Assembly (NCBI GenBank): GCA_000826855.1
Contig: JTLS01000066.1
Location: forward strand, 1 to 35,391
Source of the DNA: Basidioascus undulatus
Taxonomy: Eukaryota
Length of the DNA stretch: 35,391 nucleotides
Direction of reading: 5' to 3'
Shown one piece after another: positions 12,138-22,684 of the stretch (the first letter of the stretch is position 1; each line of letters opens with the position of its first letter). Under the pieces are notes generated by a model that was given only the letters and a program-made list of their open reading frames with translations, searched no databases and was not told where the DNA came from. The translations under genes were made by a program, and so were the position numbers.

Positions 12138-13519
12138 TGCTCTGTATGAATCTCGAGCGAAAGCTCTTCAGTGTGCATCAGAGTTATCAGGCTACTGCCA
12201 AGTTGCAGGTCCCTCAGTGCAGCACAGCCAACTTCGCCATACTGCAAGCGCAAGGTGGGGTCAATAAAACAGTCCCCACCGACCGCCCGTGGTAGTATGA
12301 AAAACGTAAGGTTGCAAACTTTTGTATACAATGCTGTGTATTTAAGCATAAACACTACATTCGTTTCATCAAACCCTTCACGGCAATCATTTCAACCCGA
12401 CGTGTCCCTCGCCTTAGATACCGTAGTGCGAGGCGGTGTGGAGACACATAAGCAGCACAACATTCTCAGCGCTTCATCGCGCCTCCATCGCCACCTGTGT
12501 CCCGCAACACTTGCCCGCGCTCAAATACACGGTCAGGGCAGAAGCAACGCAGAGGCTCGGCGGAGCCCATCGGATAAGCAGAGCATTGTGAGCAGCCTCG
12601 ACAGGGGGCGGTGGAGGAAGGGACTGTGGGAAGGGTACCGGTCGTCGAGCACAGCCACGAGCGCGACGAGCGCACTGCAATGAGGCAGTGCGGTTCGCCT
12701 GCCGTGGTGGCTGAGCCGGAGAGCAAGCTCGGAGGACTGGATGAAAACATGTAGCATGTATTTGTGATGGACAAGAACGCTGGAGGAGGTCGTCACGATG
12801 TTGAGCGCCCAGGCTAAGCTGCCTGGCGGAAACCGAGCCGCCTCGCCGGCACACTCTCACCCTCATGCCCATCCAATTTCTGGATTGCAATGAAGTCAAG
12901 CTCTCTGTTTGACACACCCTAATTCTATTTCAAGCAGTTACCCGCGAGCCTATTAAACGAGGAAGCGAAAGTGGCTTTTTCTTTACCACACACATCGGAA
13001 GAAGCCGCCCCCCCCCCCTTTTCTTCGAGCTCCGTCTGCCACTCTTCCTTAAAGACCAGTGTTGCAATGTCAAACGATAAGGACTAGGCTCAAATCAATT
13101 CGCCCGACAGGGCGAGCACAGCACCATCCATTCACCCACTCAGCACCGTGCATTGCATGCAACCTGCCCCCGCGCGTCATGCGCTGTTCGAGTCCTTCTC
13201 TTTCTCCATCACCTTCCCGCCGCCCTGCATGCAAGCTCATGGCTGCACAGCAATCCAAAATCTGTGCCATCGGATATCCCACCGGGTATGAAGCTGTACC
13301 CAAGCGAACGCTTTCGAAAGAGACAGGAGGAAGCTATACGTCCGCTCTTTGCAACCCTCGCCGTAGCGGCATCAGCACCAGCGACGAAAGCTGCATACCG
13401 ATCGATCCAAGCGCTCACGTTTCACCACGCCTGCGCCAGTGGAAGCAAGCAGCGCCATCCATCCCGAGATTCTGCAACCCCTCGAAAAAGCATCCACACC
13501 CCTCCTCCGCTCCTCCTGC

Positions 13520-15657
13520 TCAAGCCGCCTTCCCCCCATTCCCCTCCCTCCCCGTCCCCTCCTCCTCCTCTAACACCCTCCCCTCCGCGCTCCACCTCCC
13601 CGTGCGTTCCAAGCGCTCCAGCAGCGCCTCCCCGCCGGCGACTGCGGGCGTGAGGACGCCGCCCTCCTTCGCGCGCGCGGGGAGCCGGTCGTACGCGTGT
13701 GCGAGCGTCAAAGCTGTCTCGGCGATGAGGATGGCGGTGAGGGCGTAGCCTGTCCCGGTCCCATAGTTGTGAGTAGGTGAGAGGTAGATGGGGATGGGTA
13801 AAGGGAGAAGAGGGGATGGAAGAACGGGTGAGGTTAAAGAGGAAAAGGGGAAGGGTAACGGGAGGAGAAGGGCGAATGGGAGGGTAATGTAGGAAAAGGG
13901 ACGGAAATTGGGAGGAAGAGGGAAAATGGGTCGGGGGAGAGGGGAAGGGGCTGGAAGGTGAACGGGAACGGGAACGGGGAGTGGGAGGGGAAAGGGGAAC
14001 GGAAGCGAAGTTGAAGGTAAGGGAACAGGGGAAGGGCAGAAAAGTTGATGAGGAGAGGAAGAAGGAAGACCCACCCGGATGTCCCTTCCCCGTCACCCTC
14101 GACTGCACGACGAGCGGCGGCGAGTCGGCCGTGACGGTCGTGTTGGTCAGTTCGAGCCAGCCGCGGGCGTTTTGCCTTTTCGTAAACACGGTTTTGTTAA
14201 AAAGGAGAAGAGGGGAAGGAAAGGGGAAGCGTACTCGGTTGTCGGACCCTCCCCGCTCTTCGGCCCAAACCTCTTTACCAGCGCACGGACCTGCACAGCC
14301 CATCAAATTCAGCTGCGTTCCTGATAGAAAAGTGGAAGTGGCAGCGAAGGCGGGGAGGGAGGGAGTGTTGAACGGCAGGGGAAGGAAGAAAGGGCGTACG
14401 ATCGAGAACCTGCTAAAGAACCACAGCCCCACAGCGAGTGCCAGCCCGCGCACAAACGCCGATATCGGCCCGGGCGCGCCGAGGACTTCGCGGTAGGCGA
14501 AGGTGCTGCGCGAGTAGAGGGTGGGGAGGAGGGAGGCGGAGCGGTGCACGACTCTGCGAACGACGAGGACGGGCTGTCAGAGTATGTAGGTGGTAGTGGT
14601 GTGGAGCGGAGGAGGAGGAAGGGAGGAGGAAGGAGAAAGGGGGAGGGGAGGAAAGGGGATGAGAGGGAGAGAGGACTTACAGGGTATCGTGTTGTCCGAT
14701 TGGCCAGGGGTGGCCGTACGACTTGCTGTAGGGGTCGTATGAGACGAGCGGGCGTTTGGGTGGGGTGATCTCGTTCGGGATGCCTATTCCGGGGTTTATC
14801 AGTCCGAAGCGAGTTCCACAGAGCGGGGGAAAAGAACGCCCGCACCCTGCGCCAGTGCCCAATCGCTCTGCTTAATAAAAGTTCTCCTCTCCTTCTCCAC
14901 CTCCTCAAACAGTGCGAGCCCACTGGCGAGCGTCCCCCCGCTTCCACCAGGGAAGCTCCCGCGCACGGTCGTATGCGAGCTGACAATAGGCGGGGGGCCC
15001 GACGACGAGGGGCTCGTGCGCTGGATGGTGAGGACCGAGAGAAACGCCGCGAGGTCGGACGGCAGCGAGTCGAGCCCGCACGAGGGCACGAGGATCGTAC
15101 GCGTCACGGACGCGCCGTAATCGTATGAGACGATCATGTCCCTGTACCAGGGCGACTCGCCCGTCAGGTCCGTGTAGTGCGTTGAGGTCCTCACGCAGGC
15201 CCTGGCCAATCCCCTTCACACATCAGTTTTTCCCTCCCACCCTACTGGTCAAACGTACTACGCACCGGACCACCCCCTCCCCATAGATCTGATACGGCCC
15301 CACCAGCTGCACGACGACCCTCGCCTTGCTCACCAGCTCCTCCAGCGCCCGCTCCGTCTTCTCCCCCCAGCCCATCAGGTCCGGCAGCTCAAAGCTGGGC
15401 ACGACGTCCTCCGCGGGCACGCCCAGCTCGCGCCGCACGGACGCGAGCTTGGATTGCGAGCGCGCGGCGAGGCCGAAGCGGACTTCGGAGCGTGGGTAAG
15501 TGAGGAGGTGCGATATCACGAGGCGGGCGGTGTACCCTACGCGTAGTGAGGCAATGAACGGTCAGAAGCAAGGGCGAGGGAGGGAGGTGAGAGATAGGGA
15601 CGCACCGGTCGCGCCGATTAGTAGGAGGTCGAAGGGGCGGTCTTTGGCAGGGGGCAT
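13520..15657 (-). CDS. Saccharopine dehydrogenase-like oxidoreductase (SCCPDH / trans-acting enoyl reductase family)
   Basis: Eight exons (15657-15606, 15536-15266, 15201-14846, 14783-14681, 14553-14400, 14290-14235, 14175-14075, 13749-13520). Motifs FDLLLIGATGYT, FGLAARS, QLVGPYQIYGE, YTDLTGE, PSCGLDSLPSDL, SGGTLAS, HPGYALTAILIAE and GGVLTPA match this family. Confidence 0.9.
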
Positions 15658-17061
15658 CGGGGAGGGGGCTGTGGTTGGAGGTGCGGTGGTTGAGTTTGGG
15701 ATGATGGAGGGGAGGAGAGGAGTGGGACAAACGGGAGGAAAGGAAGACGAGTGGAGACGCAAGGGATTGCCAGGCTGCGCTCGGTGACGTCTTCGCGAGG
15801 CCCCGGTCGGGTGCATCAGCTCCTCCAAAGAACTGCCTTCGCTGTATGAAGGGTGCCCAAAATTCATTTGCAATCTAGGCCATCCTGCCTGATATACTTC
15901 TCGACGCAGCACTAGGTATTTATCTGCTCAATGTCGCCAGATGGTTTGGGAAGGCTCACGCATGCGGCTTGCAGTGCGCAGTAATCACCACCAAGTCACC
16001 ACCAAGGATCGAAGGGTCGTACGTAACCACTATCGACTTGCCAGTCCCTGCCGGAAGACGTAAGCCTAGTGGGATGAGAGCGACGTCGGGGTGCGTCCAT
16101 GCTTTGAGCTCTCGGTAGGCTACATATCCAGTAGCGCACTCAAGTCTAACCTAGTACATTGTAGATGCGGCGCTGAGGTATCAACTCTCACCTCCCCTAG
16201 ACGTCGCGCTGATTAAGCAGACAGGCACTGTACGACTTAGTTACGACATGCAAGTATGCCTGGGTGGGGACATCATTGGGTGCGTAGGCCGTTACTGTGG
16301 TTGTTGGGTGGTTGGGGTGCTACAGATTAAGGGTAGGGTGATGGGATATCTTCACTGCTTTCTTCATGCAGACGAACTTTGGCTGCCGACCTGTGTTTTC
16401 GCAAATATATGGCTTTAACACCTCAAATTGTTCAACATCAAAGAATCTCATGATAAAGCAGACCCGACAGACAGCCAAAGCTCACCTACCCATTACAAAC
16501 CGGACCTGTCTGACCACCATCGCCGATCTGCGGCATTTGGTGATAAAAGGCCTACGCCCTGTATTTCGCCCAAGCCACCGACGACTGGGTAGGTTGACAT
16601 TCGAACGCCGGCCTGTTCGCCTTCTCTTGAAGGCGCAGCCATTCTTGGCCGTTCTCACCCTGCGTGAGTGTTTGTATGGGCTTCTCGCACTACCGGTATT
16701 ACCGATAGGTTTCTGCCGGAACGGTCGAACCGCATGTTGTGTTGTGACTCACTCAGCCTGTGTCGCCTCATCGATGGTTGAAAATAATAGCCTTCTTGCG
16801 AGCACCTAACGAAACACACTCGTTGCAGAATGAAAATTGATGAAGAGGAGCAAAATTCATGAAGAGGAGCAGTACTAAAATACTGGAGCGATGTTCCTCG
16901 GACGCATGTGCCACCTCCTGCCGTCCTTTCCGCCGATTCCGCCGTGTGGCCAAGCAATGCTGACAACGCTTGCGTTCCATGCGTTCCATCGCCTGCATCG
17001 CACCCCCCTCCTGCCTCCCTGCCACCTCTTTAAAAACATCGAATCTAGCAGGCTTTCGCTC

Positions 17062-18512
17062 ATGTCTCCGGCATCTGCATCAGCTTCTTTACCGCAGCGC
17101 TATTCGTTCTTTTCGCAAGCGTCGGCGTTGCTCGACTCTTCGGAGACCGTTCATCGCTGGAGGCAGACGGAGACCCGGAACCGTCTGATGGGAGTGCGTC
17201 TATACAAGATTTGACCGTCAAAGCTATGCGGAGCTCATCTTGACCCCGTACAGATGAAAAAGCAATTCGAGTCCCCTGCGCAAACTGCGCCTCTTCAGCA
17301 GGTCATCACGTCCCTCAAGTCCGTTGCGATATCGTTCCGCACAAGCAGCGAATCATTTGCGCTCCACTCCCAAGCCCTCAAAGGCTGGTCGGCACAGTCG
17401 CAATCCCCTGGTACTTCCGAAAGTTCGTTAATCATTTTAGACCACTGCTCCGCACAGCAACCCTCTGACATCCTGTGTCAGTCGCATCCCATTTCTCGAC
17501 GCTCCACAACCATTTGTCTGCATCCCTCGGCCCCGTCCACACGACCCTCCTCGCATCCCGCAATCATCTGAAATCCGCGCGCGACGCCGAGAACGCGCTT
17601 GTGCGCGAGCGCGAGGCCCTGGTGGAGCTGCAGCGGCGCTGGAAGGGCGAAGCGAGCGCTCCGCACAAGTCGAGCTTGAAGCTGGAGGTGGAAGAGAAGA
17701 AGCGGGAAGTGGAGACCGGGGAGGCGGTGGTCGAGCAGGTCATGAAGACGGCGTTGAAGGAGGCTGGGGAGATGGAGATGCAGGCTCTGCGGGAGGTGCT
17801 TTCTGCTGCTGTGCTGGGTGGTAGCGACGGCCTGCTGATTTTATGCACCTTTTACAGCTGGCTCACCGACTGCTTCTCATCGCCGACACCGGCTCAGCTC
17901 TCCTTGAGAGCCTGTCGACAGCTCAGACGCCCTACACCTCCATCCACAACGAGTCCGTCACCGACGTCTTGGAGAACGCGCTCAAGAGCCTCGATCTGCA
18001 GCGGGCGCCGTACGGCTATGTCGAGTCTCCGCCTCTCGAAGAGGGCGGCGCAGGTGCGGCGACGAACAGCGCGACGAACTACGCTGCCGCCGAGGCGCAT
18101 CTCCGTCAGAACGCGGCTGACGCCGGACCTACCGAGGGCCACACGGCAACGTCGGCCATAGAGACGCAGCCTCTCCCCTCGGCGTCGCCTGCGGCTCAGC
18201 ACCCCGCACTCCCAGAGCCTGCGACGCCGCAGGCTCCTCGCCGGTCATCCTCGACATCAGCCGCACAGTCTTCCCCCTCCCCGCCCGGACCCTCCACGGG
18301 CACCCCCGACTTCTACCGGCGCGCAGACCGTCGACCTTCTCCTCCCGCACCTGCATGCTGCGCAGCTCAAAGCGGACGAAGCGGCCGAGGAGCGTCGCGC
18401 GCGCCTTCGCGTGCAGCAGAGCTTGGCGAGGCGGCAAGCTCGTACGGGGACCGAGGACGAGGTGGAAGGGGACGAGGTCGAGGCGCTGCCTGAGTATAAA
18501 CCGGTGGAGTAG
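17062..18512 (+). CDS. Pil1/Lsp1-like (eisosome BAR-domain) protein; C-terminus ambiguous (stop at 18493 or 18512)
   Basis: Exons 17062-17193, 17254-17410, 17482-17795 and 17858 onward. Segments PLQQVITSLKSV...ALKGW, LKSARDAE, a coiled coil and LLLIADTGSALLESL resemble Pil1/Lsp1 (LKSIRNxE, LIAGYGKALLELL). A P/S-rich tail follows. Family call is by recalled similarity only. Confidence 0.6.
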
Positions 18513-21500
18513 CGGTGAGAGGGGAGCACGGTAGCCTGAAGAGCATGCATTTTTTGGAGTAGGGAACAAATCTGTTGGAATTGCGGCTGATCGGCCTAAA
18601 GGTTATTGCTGCAGTTAGTTTTGCATTATGCATATATCTATTAAACGCGAATAATTCCACACCCAAAGAGTGGTCGAAAACGGCATGCAGTGAAGCATTG
18701 GCGGTGTGACATGAGACGTGGCAACTGAGCTGTGTCATTTCTCCTGTTATTCCTGAGTGCTGTATTTTGTGTTTTTACAAGAATCCGAAAGCGCATTACC
18801 TAGCTGTCATGAGCCTGAGCTGAATGCATGGCGTGGCTTCTGCGCAGCACAATCCCGTTACCTTTCACTGCGGTGTCTGTCGAAGTCTTTGGGCTTTCTT
18901 TCTGGATAAGCGGGAGGGTGCAGGTAAAGTATCACACCATCTTTAATTCAGATTACAGCAGTCACATTCTCCACACAAACTGTGTTCTCCACACAAAGTG
19001 CGGTACGTAAATGCATCACATCCACGGGCGTCGTGCGGTAGTATTCGCCCCCTCATCTCCCTTGTCGCCTCCGTCCTGATCATCTGGCCCGGCCCCGGGA
19101 GAGGTACGAGCGCTGTGAGGGCATCCTACGAATGACGCAGGGTTGAGTATGTCGACCGGTCGGCGGAGAATGGCCGCGATGGCGCGTCCTCGCCCTCAGC
19201 CGAACGACTTTCGCCGCTTCCGATCGGCCCCAGCGGTTGGGGACGGCGACGGCTCATGAGACGAGGGCCATATCAGAGCGCCCTGCAACGCGGAAGTCGG
19301 GGCGCAAGGTCTCTCCGAACGGATGGTGTCGACAGCGGCGACAAGTCGCAGGGCGGCAGCCGTGCGGGAAAGGGTGTCGTGAAGGGTAAGTTGGGGGCCC
19401 GATGCGTGGAGGAATAATGTGATGGTCGGGATCGAGCGATAGGGTTGGCCAAGGCAGAGTCGGAGGTAGAGTACGGGAAAGGCACGGGTGGCAGCCGAGG
19501 TCCGGGTGGTTGGTACGGCGGGGGAAGAGTGGACGGGCCCGCGCGAACGGAGGCGATGGCAGGTAGAGATCGAAATGTGGAAGGTGGAAGACTTTTCAGG
19601 CTGAGATGAGGGCTTGGAGCTTTTCGAGCGTGGCCGCTTTGCCCTCGAGCCCGTAGATGCATCGGAAGCGTCCCAGCCTCCAGTACCCCCGGGCGGACGT
19701 CTCCCGGCCCAAAGCCGCCCTGCTGGCCGCCTCTCCGAGCATCCTCCAGATTCGAAGCCGACGAGCCGCTCTCTATTACGGAAAAAGATGTCAACGCGAC
19801 TGTGGTCTAGGCTTCAACTGCGATAGGAGGTACCCTGTTCTGCAAAAACGCGGAGGGTAAGCAAGTCGTCGATCCGACTGCAACTGCTGGTACCGGAGCA
19901 GCTCACCTGGACCATATGGTCGTTTCACGCACACTCATCCCCGTTGCAGAGGCAAGGGATTGACTCTGATTCTCCTCCAAGGACCTGCTTCCGGCGTCGG
20001 TAAGGTACGTACTCCGGCACGATAGGTGGTGAGGGTGAAACGCACGGTGTGTCGAATCAACTTCCAGAAGGGGAGGTGATCTGAGACATGGCTTGAACCG
20101 CAGTATCGAGGTCTGGTCAAGCCTCATCTCAGGCTGATACTGCCGTATGAATGCCCTAACTGAATCTTCAGCAGCGAGATCGAGCTCAGGATGACACTGC
20201 AACCGTGCAGGAAAATCTCAGTCTGCCAAGGTATCAGTCAGGGGCAGGAAGAACTGCTCACAGAACTGACTGTCGTTGCAACCTCCGCCACGCTGCTGCG
20301 CCAGGAACTGAACTCAAATCAACTGAGTAAAACAGGTGAGATTACCTTCTTGATGACAATTGAACCCCAGTCAATGTGGCAGGCTTAATATACAGAGGCC
20401 CGCAGCACACTGAAGCGTCTGCAGGGTTGACACACATTGAGTATCATGGCCATGCTCTGTCCCACGTTGCTGCCACATGGACTTCCGAATCTTCTCATTC
20501 CCCACCTAGTGTATCCGATAAGGTCCGGCACTTCGACTTCGAGGCTCAGCCATAATCGACCATCATGAACATGCAAACTCTTTCGTAAACCCACGCTGCC
20601 ACGGTGCGTCGACGGGTCTTTCCGAGAGCCATAAGTGCAAGTTTCTTCTATCGTGCACTTTATAGACTGTATTATTTTCTAGCAGTGATACCAGTGTAGA
20701 GCGGTTGACTAGTTAGCCTGCTAACGAGTTCAATCATTCCGGCAGCTTGAGAAAATTTGAACACCATGCAGGAACCGAATATTCAGCGCCAATGAGATAA
20801 ATATGCAGGATCTCTACTGTACCACCTTAAAACCAGGCTGGGCTGCACTGCCAGGAGGTAAACTGAGGGTCCCGCTGGGCTCGAGCGGGGCACACACACG
20901 GCAACAAGGGGCAGGATGCAAGACTTTGCAACAGGATCTCGCCGCGCTGGTGTCAAGCTACGTCAGGAAACAGCTCATAGACAGGCTGTGATAGTATCGT
21001 AGTAGACTCAAGACTGTTGCCGGACCAGAACAGGGATTTGATCGCTGAGGCCTTGGGCGCAACCGATTCTCCGGGTAACACAACTTGCTTGCAGCGCCTG
21101 GCCCGCACTTACGAACTGCTTGCATTTCGATGAAATCAGCTTATTCTTTCATGTGAAGGGGTGATGCTTCTACTGTATCAGCACATGCATAAAATACTCA
21201 ACGCCAAACCGGAGGTCAGGCTCAGCTCGACTGAAGTGGAAGTGAAGTGTTTACGCTCATGAAGAGCAGAAGTAAGGACTCGTACTCTTCAAGGCCCTCT
21301 TAGTGACTCATGAGGAATAATGATCTGGGCACCGTCCTTCTATAGCCGTAGTCAGTCCCGACGCCTTCGAGAGTTGCCACCACCATTGAGCTGCAGTTCG
21401 TTCAGCTTTGCAGACGATATGGAGCGGATTCACCTGTATCTCCCTCCGACAGCAGAACCTGAGCTAGGAAAGTGGCCCACGGCAGCACGTCCGCCGTCGA

Positions 21501-22684
21501 GGACATCAGTCCCTTCTTTGATCCTGTTTAGTGATACCTCTAGCACCAACAACGGATCCGAAACTTCTTCCAGCATCAGGGAGCGGACCTCCAACAGCAT
21601 CAGCGACTCCAAAAAGGCAGCAACGAAACCATGCACCAGGGAGGGGGGCCGCGTCGACTCAGAAATTAACAACCAACCTGAAATTCTCTTTTCGTCGTCA
21701 TTCTCGCCGGGAAGAAGAGAGTACGACAGGGCGAAGTGTGTTCCATCCAAAAGATCCCTCATTCCAACTGTGCGAGCCGGACGAGCATTCGACTCACTTG
21801 CGCTACCGGGCTGCCGGCCCTCGATACTGCAAGGGACCTGCATGCCACCACAGCGGTCATCAGCTCAAGGCTCCAAAGCACGGCGAAAGTCAGCTTCGTG
21901 ATAGCATGAGCGGTCCTCAGACGTAGCGATTTTCGTGTGTCGCCATGGCTGCAGTCGCAACGGTCCGACCGAGTAGGCAGGTTGGCGTAAAGCTTTGCTT
22001 CATGAACCCAAAGGGCCCCCTCCGCAGATATTTGTAGAACTCACCGCTAGAGAAACTGGGTAACTGGGCTGGGAGTGCGGGAGCGAGGTGGAGATCAGGA
22101 AACGCCGGCTGTACTTTTCACCCTGGGGGCGGAAGCAGGCTGCAGAGCTTGAGCATCTTGCACGATGGGGCGTGACGTCCTCGTATGACAGACCCCTCAG
22201 GGAAACAACGTAATCCTCTAGCCTGGATTGAAAGGGGAGGACACGAAGAGTAGTTGAGGCGATGAGTCGATGGCCTGAGGAGGAAGTTGGAGAAAGAACA
22301 TGTGTCGCGCCTGTGAGATGTAACAGGCAACAACAGGAATCCGTAGATCGTTTGAATGCAGCCTGCATAAACCCATAGTGAGGTTGTGGCGATGAGCTGC
22401 ACTGAGTACATCACAGCCGAAGATACGGACGACGAACTGCAACATGCGGCCCGGGCCCTCGAACTCCTTTCTCTCGACGGTACTCTCATCCAACGCTCCA
22501 TCAAGCGCTTACTTCTCAACCTGCCAAGCTTCCACACTGCGAAAACGAACCATCGATAGTATAGTTCTAAGGTATCTCTCCCTCTCCCGCACCCACAGCC
22601 CACAACCCAAACCCACACCAAGCCCAAGAAAGAACGAAAACCCCCACACACCCAACTCTTCGTCCATCCCCCACCGACCGACGC

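Noticed and set aside
13422..14549. 375-aa ORF
   Set aside because: Read-through across introns of the SCCPDH-like gene; the P/S/F-rich stretches are translated pyrimidine-rich introns.
20188..20200. AGGATGACACTGC matching part of fungal U6 snRNA
   Set aside because: Isolated 13-mer with no ACAGAG box or AGCATGGCCCC upstream. A similar word recurs near 27031, consistent with chance.
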